A stretch of 64,000 nt of DNA. Source: Tubulanus polymorphus (lineage: Eukaryota; Animalia; Nemertea). The translations under genes and the position numbers were made by a program. Positions 51,039 to 63,910 of this stretch are shown here, piece after piece (the first letter of the stretch is position 1; each line of letters starts with the position of its first letter). Below the pieces are notes generated by a model. The model was given only the letters and a program-made list of their open reading frames with translations, was not told where the DNA came from and searched no databases. Location of the stretch: contig NC_134028.1 in NCBI RefSeq assembly GCF_964204645.1, positions 16,747,653 to 16,811,652 on the forward strand, read 5' to 3'.

Positions 51039-54000
51039 GGTACGAATGATGAATACAACTGATTAAGCGCCAATTTCACTGATTCTTGCACATTAAAGGT
51101 GTTTTAGAGTAATCTAGTTAACAGGTGTGTTTTAGGAGTATTTTGAATTTAAATTCAAATCGGGGTTCATGACGAACATTGATCATTCTAGGGCTGGAGC
51201 AAGAAACGTGTGGAATCGTCCGCCAATGGTATCGCCAAAGAAATAATAAGGAGCCAGTCCGTGGTGGCTATTGAAAGCGACGACCGCATACGAATGCATT
51301 GATTGAATGACATCTCAAAAGTCAGATTATATAAAATTGAACATGGATAGGTTATTCCATATATACTGGTAAAAATGATGCCCAATATGTGATATAAATG
51401 TTCAATTAAAAAGTAGAAACCGAATCCATACTTTAGTCTGGTATTGTTATAACATCAAACACTCAAATTTAATCCTTTGTTAGATTGGTAGCCAGTGTAG
51501 ATGAGCAAGAATAGTGGTCCCTAATTTTAATGTGGACTGTTCAACAAGTTGGAGTTTGTGTAGAGATGAATGAGTTTAAAATGGAGTGGAATTTAATACT
51601 CTTTGAATGTCTATTACTCAATCTTTTTATTGATCATAAAAAATTGTGGTAAAATATTTGACTCTAGGGTTGGTTTTAGATTGTATCTCTCCACGCCGGA
51701 GGTAATCACGGATATTGGGCTACACAAAATTCCTTGTGTACAGCTCAGCTTTTTAAATCCCTGGAAAAGCTCGCCACGGATATATCTCAGTAATGATTAA
51801 TTTTCCCAAAAAGTCCCCCCTTCGAAAAACCTAAACAACCAATGTACGCTTGCTCTAAGTTTGCCAATGCACTATTGTTACCTTTTCTAGCTATTTGTAC
51901 TAGCTGTTTGTAGCAAATAGATTGCATCCTCTATTACAGGAGTAAAGGATACAGCTCTGGGACCCGTTTCTCAAAAGATAGTTTAAATTAACCATCATCC
52001 AATATGATACATGACTAAATACACTGAAAAAGATCAACTATGTACACATTTCAAATTTCAAACCAAGTCTTATCATTAGAAAATTACGACACAACGTTCG
52101 ATCTCCCACTAGAGATAATCTTTTTGAATTTGTACACTGAGTTTTCGTATCGTATTATCGTATTTTCAATTCTCTGCTTTTGAGTCAACAAGTACAAAGT
52201 TATTTTAGCAATGAAAATTTAATTGTCATTATAAATGTTAACTATCCACTGGTAAACTTACTAACTTTTGGCAACTGACCTTAGATCGTGAAATGGTCTC
52301 AGGTGGCCTGCTGATCCACTCTTTATTTATACTACTAAAGAAATATACAGTATAAGACGTAAAAAGTATATGAACATATAATTTATCTTTATATCGCGAT
52401 AATTCGTGTACGTATGATTGAAAAACGATATTCTATCGAATCTCATGGTACTTATGATTATTGTGTATAGAATCAATAATTAGCAACCCTCCACTGATAC
52501 GAAGGAAGTTTACATCCTACCAAAATTTCCCTCGAAACTCTCAGCATTATTTCAAGGGTCCGTCTTAGAAAATATATGAAGGACGTGTTCACAGGTTAAC
52601 GAGGCCAAAAATCTTCCCCAAAATTTCAAATATTTACAAAGATAATATTCTTCATGCTTTTGGTGCAAAAAAAAATACATGTCCACAAAATGCAAATTGT
52701 GTTTTCAAAGTAAACAATTGAGTGTGGAATTGTTTCGAATTCAAGGTTTTCCCATTAACACTCCGGTATTTTTCAATAAAATAAGTCTATTTTTCAATAA
52801 GATAAGTCAAACTATTGTTGTGATGGCCAGTTGAATACTTCATCATTATATTGAAAGATATGTTATACTTAATGCATCTTTTCTTAGGCCTTACAGCTTT
52901 CTCTATTGGTTAGCGTTGTGATCACTCAAAATTAACCATAAGTTTGAATTCTCACTGATCTACTACATCTCTATAACAAAAATATATTTCATATCAGGCA
53001 ATTAGCTTTGATCCGTGGTCAGTGGACAGCAGCTACGAAACATTTCAAACTACTACATTACCATTCCATCTATTCATGTATATATAATATGATATGATAT
53101 CTTCTTTGTTCAGTTTAAAAGTCTTGATCGTCCAAGTTTGACAAGTCTCGCACGTTCGTACCGATACGCACGTTCACGCGAGTGAAATGTGCACGTTACA
53201 GGCTCAAATGCGCACGTTACAATTACAAATGGAAACGTTGTTCGTTCAAAACCCTACGTAAAAATTTTATGCATTTTAGCGGAATTTCAAAGTTAGCTCG
53301 CTATCTACAACAAAAATCGGACAAGACTTTTTCAAGCGACAAATTTAAATGTAAGAGCTAGTAGTACTAACGAAGGATTCACTAAACATATAAATTACTT
53401 ATGGGGGTTCTGGTTAGCACTGTCAACTGGTCTGTACTGGTCAAGCATTGGTCAGTTAAACAATTTTTAGATTAATGCCCACATCATATCTAGTTATTTG
53501 ACACCAAACAACTTAATTGTTTGCAAACAAATAATTTACTATATGGTCAGTACTGGTCATGCATTGGTCAGTTAAAAGACCATGGTCCACGCCACATGAT
53601 ACCAAACATGATTGGATTGTGTCGTTTCGAAAATTTATCTGTTGGGCAATTTGTGGCTAGCCCTGGTTCGTTAGGTTCTTATTTTGCGGGCATTTTATCT
53701 CGAACCACCGAAAGACCGAATCACTTATTAATTCACCAGATCGTTAATTGCTGAAAATGAAGATTAGTGTTTAACTAATAGTCCTTGTCTGAACAAAATG
53801 TCTCTGGTATGGGTCCTATGGAATCATGTCCTTAACTGTACACCGTACTGTATCTTTGTACTGTATCTTTTTATGTTCACTACTACCGTAATTGACTATG
53901 ATGTTTTCAAGTGGTCTTAAGTACCGCTAATAGCCGAAAGTCGTTGATTTATGTGAAGTTTACATACAGCGCCACCCGTTGATAGTAAAACTAACCCGAG

Positions 54001-54540
54001 CAATACGGGTGTTAAATAGATACGCTAGCAAACCGGCATTCTCATAATGTTTACCGTTGTAAAGTTGGAGAGACTGTTTCTGCTAAATTTGAATAAATCA
54101 CATATATTGTGATTTTTTTGTATATGCATTCAGCATACTACATCTACATAGTAACGAATTTCTTTATGCCCTCGGCATAACTGCCAGCATTAAACGTACT
54201 GACATTTACTCTTATAAAATCGGAGAGGCTGTTGCTGCTAAATTGTCAGCCGGTAACTATATCAAAATAAAGGGACACAACGCAAAGGAAGAAGACGACA
54301 TCTTCAATATCACTGTGGGAACTTTTGCTAAGGTTTGTTTTCATGCTTTATAACGCAGTCTGAGTGTTGATTTCCACTATTTTACTCTAGATCATTACTG
54401 CTTGGCTGAATTACACTGCACATGCGCACAGAGGTGTGCGAACTTAGAAAATTCAAGGAGAGTGTCAAGAATAGGGTTAGAAAAAAATAGAGCAGATCGA
54501 GCGAGACTCGAACCCGGACCAGTGAATTTACCAAAATGAA

Positions 54541-54869
54541 CCGAGATGAAATATAGCATAATTGTTTATTCCTTATCAATTTTAACACTTGATATCATGT
54601 TATATCAGTAATAAATACCTTTCTAGAGTCATATTTTTCCAGACATTTGGTTTCAAAAATGTGGACTTCGAATACGTAATCTCGGTTAGCAATAAAATTT
54701 CATTAAATTTGATTGATCAATGATCTCATCTCGGTAAAGTTAAGTTATTTTTCAACAAAAATATCCAACAAAATATGACTCCAGCAGGCATTTCTTACTG
54801 ATATAATAACATTTCAAGTGTTAAACCGATAAGGAATAAATAAATATGTTATATTTCATGTCATCTCGG
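54541..54869. mobile_element. MITE-like fold-back (~100-bp imperfect TIRs)
   Basis: ATGAAATATAGCATA..TTATTCCTTATC..TTAACACTTGA...GAGTCATATTTT is mirrored at 54770-54869. Confidence 0.6.
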
Positions 54870-55003
54870 TAAAATACGTCATCTCAGTAATAAGGATGAC
54901 CGTCATAGCACTAGACCACCGAGCTCATTAAATTCCACCCGAATGAGGAGAGAATCCCACAATGATAATAAAAAATCCGAAAAAGAAACTTCGAGATAGT
55001 CGT

Positions 55004-55050
55004 TTATTTCAACGTTTCGACTATATCCTAATAGTCATCTTCAGGAATAA
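55004..55050 (-). ncRNA. Second hammerhead ribozyme copy on the inverted arm
   Basis: Reverse complement AACGTTTCGACTATATCCTAATAGTCATCTTCAG. Confidence 0.8.
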
Positions 55051-55773
55051 TGAGATACTACAGAAATTATGAGATATATATACAATCCAGAGACAAAGAG
55101 ACTAATTCAAGTAATCAGAGATGATACAAACTAAAGGAAAATTAACGTAGAAACAGTTACAAGCTAAAATAGATTAAAGGGAAGCAAACTAAGGGGTGAT
55201 TATAAACAACAATAGTGAGTATAAATATAAATGAAACTTAAAGTCAGTAGTAAAAAGAAAGACAAACTAGGGGGCACTTAAATTAAAACAAAGGTGAATA
55301 CAAGTTAAGTCAGAGACGAAATTGATGAGAGAACAAATAACAAATAATCAAAGGGGAAATCAAGTGTTGAGTTAAACCAGTTTACAGAGGAATTTTGATA
55401 TAAGTTTATTATGGGGTGAAAAACCATTGTTAAGGTTTACAACGTTGTTCGAATTTTCAATAATTAATGCAGATTCCAAAATATGTCTTCTAGTTTTATC
55501 GCTGCAAGGGTAAATTAATTCAGCATTAGCAAAATCAAAATTGTGTGAAGTCTGAAAAACATGACTAGCAACTCCGCTTTCACGTTTAAAGTTTTTTACA
55601 TCTAATTTATGCTCTTTTATGCGTTGATTAAGATTCCGACCTGTTTCTCCTATATATACTTTGTCGCAAACTTTACAAGGTATTTTATAAATTCCACAGT
55701 TTAGGGATTCGGTTTTCGGTTTGTTATTAATCAATATGTTACTAAGTTTATTATTGTATTTAAAGATAAGTTG

Positions 55774-56727
55774 CCTCTTTACACTGATATTCACCCTAAA
55801 ATCTGGCTCAGATATGTTGACGATGTTCTGGCTTTGGTTCCCTTTGACTTCAATGTTGATAACTTTCTTATATATTTAAACTCCCTTTACCCGTCTCTGG
55901 CTTTTACGTATGAATGGGAATCTAATAGTAAAATACCTTTTCTGGATGTTTTGATTTTTAACTGATGATCCTTTTTGAAATTCGCGGTTTATAGGAAACC
56001 TACCAACGCTGAATCCTACCTCCATTACTTCTCTTTTACTTCTCCGGATATTAAACTCGGTTTAGCTCAAGGATTATTTCTTCGCGCTTTGAGAATTTGC
56101 GACCCCTCATTTCTACCCGATGAAATTCACCATATTAACCAATCTCTCAAAAAACTTGCCTACCCCGATTTCCTATTGAAAAAAGCTCTACTTAAAGCTC
56201 GTACTACGCATTTTAGAAATAACAACCTTAGAACTCCTACGTTGGCTACCGATAAACAGCCTATCATTGTACCGTATGTACCTTTCCTCGAGAATTCTAA
56301 AGTTTCTCTTCGGTCACTAAATAAACAACTTATCTTTAAATACAATAATAAACTTAGTAACATATTGATTAATAACAAACCGAAAACCGAATCCCTAAAC
56401 TGTGGAATTTATAAAATACCTTGTAAAGTTTGCGACAAAGTATATATAGGAGAAACAGGTCGGAATCTTAATCAACGCATAAAAGAGCATAAATTAGATG
56501 TAAAAAACTTTAAACGTGAAAGCGGAGTTGCTAGTCATGTTTTTCAGACTTCACACAATTTTGATTTTGCTAATGCTGAATTAATTTACCCTTGCAGCGA
56601 TAAAACTAGAAGACATATTTTGGAATCTGCATTAATTATTGAAAATTCGAACAACGTTGTAAACCTTAACAATGGTTTTTCACCCCATAATAAACTTATA
56701 TCAAAATTCCTCTGTAAACTGGTTTAA
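55774..56727 (+). pseudogene. Penelope RT C-terminus and GIY-YIG endonuclease (one stop at 55963)
   Basis: ORFs 55771-55965 and 55975-56727 are in the same frame. An inverted copy of the GIY-YIG part lies at 55372-55773. Confidence 0.92.
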
Positions 56728-57047
56728 CTCAACACTTGATTTCCCCTTTGATTATTTGTTATTTGTTCTCTCATCAATTTCGTCTCTGACTTAACTTGTA
56801 TTCACCTTTGTTTTAATTTAAGTGCCCCCTAGTTTGTCTTTCTTTTTACTACTGACTTTAAGTTTCATTTATATTTATACTCACTATTGTTGTTTATAAT
56901 CACCCCTTAGTTTGCTTCCCTTTAATCTATTTTAGCTTGTAACTGTTTCTACGTTAATTTTCCTTTAGTTTGTATCATCTCTGATTACTTGAATTAGTCT
57001 CTTTGTCTCTGGATTGTATATATATCTCATAATTTCTGTAGTATCTC

Positions 57048-57096
57048 ATTATTCCTGAAGATGACTATTAGGATATAGTCGAAACGTTGAAATAAA
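57048..57096 (+). ncRNA. Minimal type I hammerhead ribozyme in Penelope pLTR
   Basis: CTGAAGA-T-GACTAT[TAGGAT]ATAGTC-GAAAC-GTT, with flanks TTATTCC/GAAATAA as an imperfect stem I. Confidence 0.8.
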
Positions 57097-57700
57097 CTAC
57101 TATCTCGAAGTTTCTTTTTCGGACTTTTTATTATCATTGTGGGATTCTCTCCTCATCGCGTCAACACGGATATAGTGTTCTACCAATCGTGATCCACCCG
57201 AATGTTTTAGCTATCTACAGTACGTCCCCTTACCCTAATCCTATCCCTAGGGGTAAAAAGAACCCTCTTCTCACCCTCTCCACACTAACCCTATCAAAAC
57301 CTTAACCAAATAAAATCATTTTATTGTTACTTTTATTAGTTAATACTATGATATATAGTAATACAATGTACAGTAAAATAGTGAAAGTAAATACTTGACC
57401 GTATACAGTTAAATATCCACTTCATTAGAATAACTATTTATGCCTGACATCTAGAATGGTGATCAAACTACAGATCTAAAATTTCTGTAAATACTTTCTA
57501 ATATAATCCATTTTAAAACCTTTATTTCAGTTAAACTCCAGCCATATCCATACTCCATATCTAAACATGTACATTCAAATCCATTATCTTATATTTTATA
57601 TATATATTAACAATTTAGCAATAATTCTTTTTGGACAGAGTCACTTGGTCCTAGGGCAGTTTTAACTGTATTGTAATATTTATTTTCAATTTTTATCAAG

Positions 57701-59654
57701 GTAATTCAGAGCCTTGGTAAGAGAACCGATGTTCATCTATCTGATGACAACAATAATAGATTAGTCGCAAAAATTTTGGAATGGTATTGAAGTAAGTGCT
57801 GGATCTAGAGTTACAGTCAAGCGCATGGAAGTAAATATCTATAATAACGAAACGGAAATACAGTCTACTCCTACCACTACTTTAGAACTTGGAGTGATGA
57901 TTACTCCAAGATTAGAGGTAAAGTAAACAGTCATCCTACTTATTCAAATATTATATTAACTGTTTCATGCCAAGAGACAAATAAATCTATTAATTGCCTT
58001 ACTTGTACCTAACTTTTAATCGTACATTGCATTATCCAGTCCTTCGAAATCCATCATCATTGATATCTACATTTGTGAAGTTACTCATCTGTAACCATCA
58101 AAATATTGTCATAAAATGCCACATTTATTTGATATTTTGGGATTTGGATGAAGAGTCAGACATTCAGATTGTAATGAGAAGTATAACAGAGATTTTAACA
58201 ATGGGTATAGTAATCTCCACTGTCTTTATTTGGATATCGACAATCTTACACGATATTGTGTAAGTATTTCAACTTTGGCATGAACGATAGGACAGGAGCA
58301 GAATTTTTGCATTGGACCCCCAAATGTGACCCAACCCACCCAGTGCACCCCATTTTTCGAAATTTAGATATTTAATTTTCAAAGTCATGCACCTCTTTGC
58401 ACATGCATAAAATAAATCAGGCAATCAGAGATGATATCCACCAAAATAGACCCTATCGTTTAAAAGAGTCAATGACTGCGTCCAGCAAAATAACCACTTC
58501 CTAATTTCATCAATATGCAAATCATCTAGGACACACAGGACTTAACAATATAACACTCGGTATGTTAAAAACCCCCTCTACTAGAACAGTTACTAAGCCT
58601 ACATTATAACCATGATCTTCTTCCCCTCATGGAGATATAATAAAAATGAATGGCTACTATTGCAATGCTCAAAGTTGATCAAATTTGTGAAAATTCTGTG
58701 TGTCTTAATCAATTTACAGGTATTAAAATGTTTGATCATTTTTTCTAATATATTACATTTAAAATTCTGCTTACAGATTTTTTTATAGCTCAACGTTCAA
58801 AGTTGAGCAGGATCGAATAGACAGTATTAAGAATCCACCTATTTGTTCGGTCTTAGATGCTTTGTCAGCTCCTAAAAGACGACGTATTAGTGTTACTGCA
58901 AATGTGGAAAAGGTACGTTCCTAAGTATCCCTTGTCTTATTCCCACTTAATTCTACAAGAGAAATGCAAATAGCCATTTTAACCAATGAGTAATGAGTCA
59001 GGCCTTTCAAAATAAACCGTCACATCCAACTGTTAGTAACAATCCTGCGACGACTATGAAGTATCTCTATAATATAAATGAGAGTAGCTCATGTTTCGAC
59101 AAATGTGGAGAAGGTACGTTAACAGTCATCCATGCTATTCTATACTACCTAATACACATTTCATATCTACAGTACGTAAATTGCTCTCGTTATACCACTT
59201 CTTACCATCCACCATAACACCAACAACCTTTACACTTCCTACATTAATTTGAATTAATGTCAATGCTAGATTTAATTAATAGACATGTCTTATACATATG
59301 TCTCTACCACTGACTTCTCATTGTTTTAGTGTCAAAACATACATCTCATAAATAAAACCGTAATTGTAGAGTAAATTATAAGTAAATTACAATCATTATT
59401 TTGTAATCATATGTATATATGATTGAAATTTATCTTTTCAAATTTTGTTTTAATAGGTTGAAAATTGCAAAGACATCTGTGACACATTAACCAATATCGA
59501 CAATGAGGATCACACTGTTATTATTGATAAGAAACTTCTCAAACATCATACCAAGTTAGAAACTGACATCTTAGCTCTACAATTTAATTTACCACGAGAC
59601 GTCATGTACACTTGTGAAGGAGACATGATCACAGAAATTGATTTGACTGATTAA
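57701..59654 (+). pseudogene. OB-fold gene copy 2 with exon order B (57701-57917), A (58789-58912), C (59457-59654); extra exon C fragment at ~60550-60690
   Basis: High nucleotide identity to 7615-9800 including introns. Exon C is open: VENCKDICDTLTNIDNEDH...EIDLTD*. Confidence 0.65.
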
Positions 59655-59675
59655 TAACTACACCACAATACTCAT

Positions 59676-60200
59676 TTTTAGCCCACTTGGGACTTTGGTC
59701 CCAGCGGGCTATTGCATTCACTTTTCATCCGTCCGTCCGTTCGTCGGTCAGATATGATCTATAATTGTGGTGAGTTTTTAAGGACATTAGTTATTCCATA
59801 TAGTCACCAGGTGGCATTGAATTGTAGAATAGCTTGGTATTTCCTCATTAAGATTGGTTCCTAGGCATATTTTGTTAACATGATCAATTACAAATTTGTA
59901 TTTCATGACATGTACTACGATTGTGGTGAGTTTTAAGGTCATTGGGTTTTGCATATGGTAACAAGAGGGCATTGAATAATAGAATAACTTAGTATATCCC
60001 TATTAAACTGTTAACTACCATATTTTGTTAACACAATCATATACAAGATCATAGCTGTTGACATGTTCTATGATTGTAGTGAATTTCAAGGTCATTGATT
60101 TTGTATATGGTTACTAGGGGTTGTTATGTTTTGAAATTGTTAGATTGTTGAACATTTGAAACCACTTCCCAAGTGGTCATGGTGTCCCTGGACCCCTAGT
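59676..60200 (+). mobile_element. Helentron-associated non-autonomous repeat (HINE/DINE-like); shorter copy on minus strand at 63113-63212
   Basis: TTTTTAGCCCACTTGGGA start, 5' hairpin, (TCCG)n microsatellite, internal ~140-bp repeats, subTIR TCCCAAGTGG and 3' GGTGTCCCTGGACCCCTAGT. Confidence 0.6.
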
Positions 60201-62219
60201 CTGTTTAGTCCTTATTGCTCCTATTAAGATTGTTTGTCTGTATAGCGGTGGAAAGGAAATGACTCCGTTCTGTGTCAAACCCATGATTTATTCTCTCACA
60301 CCCACTATACTGACATACAACCCTTATGAACTAGTTATTTTCTGTTCAGTATGATTTCTTTAATGTTTTTAGGATTGCTTATCAGTATAGAACTGAAGGA
60401 GAAATGGTCCGGCTCTAAGTCAAACCCACTGTTTATTCTCTTCCACCCACTATACTGACATACAACCCTACTAGGAGCCGTAAACAAATCATTTCCTGTG
60501 CGTTATGATTTCTTTACTGCTATTTGCTATAAAGCAACTGCGTCACATTTACTGATATCAACAATGAAGATCACACTGTTATTATCAATGTAACAATTTT
60601 GTATCATCTCAAATATCATACGAACTTGGAAACTGACATGCCTGCTCTGCAGTTTAATCTACCAACAGATGTGTTGTACACTTGTGAAAGAATCTTTTTG
60701 AACAGTAACTGCATCAAAGTTACCTTTTATATATTATAGGTACTTATAACCAAGGCCCTATTTAAGTCACTTATATTGACTTTAAATTAACGGACCATTC
60801 ATTTATTACATACGCATTAACGAAAGGGGAAAAGGTAATACATTGTACAATTAAGTTCTGTAACACTTAAAGTATATGTAAAAATGGCAATTTTTCGTAC
60901 AGGAGGTAAGTCTTAAGTAAGTATTTAAAAAGTCAATTATCATGCGTATTTAATAAATGAATGATGGCAAGTAGTTACATTATCCTCCTTCAGGAATTCT
61001 TATATATATTTTTGATGACAACTAGTGATCATATTATGAACATGACTAATCATTCTTTCTCCTGGAAATCTATAATCATCACTGATATGAATCTCAATTT
61101 TCTAATCCTGATCATCAATGATTCCAATACGTGTATTTGAATGTGGGCCATGGTGGGTGAAAGTCAATGTCTACTAATACATAACCGGAATAAATAACTA
61201 TTCGTGGTAAAAGTCATCTAAATGTTCCTTTTTTTCATTTTCATTTTTGATTTTTTCTCAAATGATTATTACAAATATTAGCATTTTGGAAAAGATTGAT
61301 GATATTCCTCTACAATTGACTCATTAATTTGAAATCAATTTGCATAAATCACCTTGCATCGGTTTATTACTTCACAAGCCTTAGCTATAGTGTGCACTAT
61401 AGCGACAGTGAAACGAATACTTCACAAACCTTAGGCGATTCCACAATCAACCGAAACCTTCGATTTTCTACTGATCGACCCATTCATACCGTATGGAGAC
61501 TATGGAAAACTGAAGAGTCCTGTGTCAAAAGTCTCTTTAAATACTCCAGACGACGAAAAGAACGTAAATACTATGCATTCGATTCGATGTGATGTGAATA
61601 ATTATTTTGTATATCCCTTTCTTAGACTATCTTCAGGTCGGCCTTTACACTGATATCCATCCAACACTCACGACACGCAGGTCGGCCCAAAATATCAGTT
61701 ATATCTCTTCTATCTAATACTCTTGTCTTCGAATCTATTCAGAATTTATTAGCATATTAACTTAAATCTATTCCAAATCATAATACATTCTTATCTATAA
61801 ATCTACTCAATCTATCGACTCGACAGGTGCCTAAGATGAGATAAATTCATAAATTCATAATAATTGAATGAAGGTTATCACCTTTGACATTTTACACAGT
61901 GATTGCATATTAGGAAATTCGAATCTATAAATGCAATTTTTTGGTATTTCAATTTACTACCATTACCATCATCAAGAATGAATTTGCAGAAAACCCGTTA
62001 TCGCTGCTTAGCAGCTATATTTCGATATTACAGTTTTTCAAGTTATTTATAAGTTTATTATTAACTTCAACATGTAAAATATTTATTCTAAACTTCAACA
62101 AATAAATGCAAATGCAGTGTGTATAAAATTAGACATTATTTCTAAAATAACAAACATTACTTTGAACTAAGTAAAACTTAGGTAACATGAAACTATATCA
62201 AGCCAACAAACTTTGAAAA

Positions 62220-62777
62220 CTACAATTTTTCGGCAATTTCATTCATAACTGCGAGGGTTTCTTGATGCATCCGTTCAAAAGTTTCATGGATAGATTTGTC
62301 TCTTATTTCCATGTATTCAAGGATTTGAGACACAGTAGGTTTCCCTTTCTTGCATGGCTTCTCCCCAGATGTAGTAGGAGCTTTACGCTTTCTAGAGCCT
62401 TCAGAATTTGAATCTCCATCATCATCGCCATCATTAACAAGATTATTATTTTCCTCCTCTGTACACGAAGATTCATTTCGGAATGAATCTGCTGCATACT
62501 CTGGTACCACACTGGGGTCGTCCCCCATGATATCATGCATTTGATCGGCAAAGACAAATTTTGTCGGTTTTGACCCAGTCTTATTATTTAACTGTACATA
62601 ATTCCTATACGCTTTCTTTAAATTCTTCTATTTATCAACACATTTTTGGAATATTCATCTCCTCTGCAATTTTGCGCCACACCTTTGTTTTGTTGCGTGC
62701 AGCGTTGAGATAATCAAAATTGTCTTTTATCACTGCAAGAAGTTTTCTTGTTGACACAACAGTCCAATCATATCTCA
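62220..62777 (-). pseudogene. Myb/SANT-like (trihelix) DNA-binding protein, typical of the Harbinger accessory ORF
   Basis: RYDWTVVSTRKL...KVWRKIAE...KCVDK*KNLKKAYRNY..NNKTGS....F.FADQMHDIMG.DP, followed by an acidic linker and coiled tail. Confidence 0.7.
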
Positions 62778-63212
62778 CTGAAAAAAACATTTTTACAATC
62801 TAAAATACAACTTATTGTTTTTTACCAAAACCACATGCGAATTACCATATTAAATACATGTGCTTACATGTGCATACATGTGCTTACCAATATTTTCATT
62901 GAACACTGATGATGATTCATCTTCCACTTCTGAAACTGCTGTCTGATTATTGCTGGACGCATTCACTTAAGAGAAATACAAAAAGAAATTGCAGGTATAA
63001 ATAAAAACTTTCATGCAGTACAGTTTAAAGGAAACAAACTGTTTCTTGCTATGATATGATTGTCAAAGTTCAGATAATTTTTTAAACTGAACCTTGACTA
63101 TCTGTTACTTGAACTAGGGGACCAGGGACACCATGCGGCCCACTTGGGAAATGGTTTCAAATGCTCAACAAAGTAACAATTTCAACATTAGCCCCAAAGT
63201 AGGCTAAAAATG

Positions 63213-63217
63213 ATATA

Positions 63218-63306
<89 letters not shown>
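63213..63306. repeat. (TA)n microsatellite
   Basis: ~45 TA units. Confidence 0.99.
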
Positions 63307-63308
<2 letters not shown>

Positions 63309-63845
63309 TTTCCACTTTTGAACTGCCGTTTTGTGGTGTCATAATCCCACTTTCATCATATTTCCGTAGTTTTCATCGGTTCCCCACTCGGCGAGTTGAG
63401 CCTGGTCGCACCGCTAGGCGGCTCACTTTTATTGCGCGCGGATATCAAACTCGAGTTTGATTTTCAAAGTCCGATTTTAACCTTTCAAATTTATTCTTTT
63501 GGTATTTTTAGCGCGTGTATTGATAATATTTTATCTCTGGGAGTATTAATCTTCCTGTTTAACTATTCTATTCGCGTTCTATTTAGCGCGCGCTCTTGGC
63601 CTAATTCGCGCGTAGTGATATCACTACTGGCCAATGAGCGCCCCCAGATTTCTATAAAAGGCGGGTCGTTCAAGCATGACGGTCATTCTGATTTTCAAAT
63701 CACACGCGACGTACATAGCATTACTAAGCATCAATAACCTACAGCAATTGAATTCGTAATTGAATTGGATTATAAAGATGTAAGCGATAAGAGACGCCTC
63801 TCAATCCCGCCTTGTCCAACCCGAGATATATTCACTTTGATCGTC

Positions 63846-63910
63846 TGGCCAAGTTTGATTTTGGCCAAGTTTGATTCTGGCAAAGTTTGATTTCGACCGA
63901 GTTTGATTTT
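63846..63910. repeat. 15-bp tandem repeat (TGGCCAAGTTTGATT-like, ~4 copies)
   Basis: Direct reading. Confidence 0.85.

Larger units (their letters stand above)
54946..57192 (+). mobile_element. Penelope-like retroelement, 5'-truncated with inverted 831-bp arms (54943-55773 / 56326-57156); 12-bp flanking direct repeat TCCACCCGAATG
   Basis: RT motif WLRYVDD, IPFLDV, VYRKPT and GIY-YIG CGIYKIPCKVCDKVYIGETGRNL..RIKEH. The direct repeat is at 54934-54945 and 57193-57204. Confidence 0.92.

Noticed and set aside
51956-52283. Harbinger-type MITE (GGGACCCGTTTCTCAAAAG...CTTTTGGCAACTGACC), similar to 9804-9830
   Set aside because: TIRs are too degenerate to define ends or a TSD with confidence.
61505-61565. 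CTGAAGAGTC...GACGAAA as a further hammerhead ribozyme
   Set aside because: Core boxes are present but I cannot build convincing stems I and III.
60137-63180. ~65-bp inverted repeat pair (60137-60200 / 63113-63180) as TIRs enclosing the Myb gene
   Set aside because: Both match the 3' end of a Helentron-like repeat whose 5' ends (TTTTTAGCC.ACTT) are also present. They are two independent copies in opposite orientation.
63157-63460. YIYIYI ORFs
   Set aside because: Translation of the (TA)n microsatellite.
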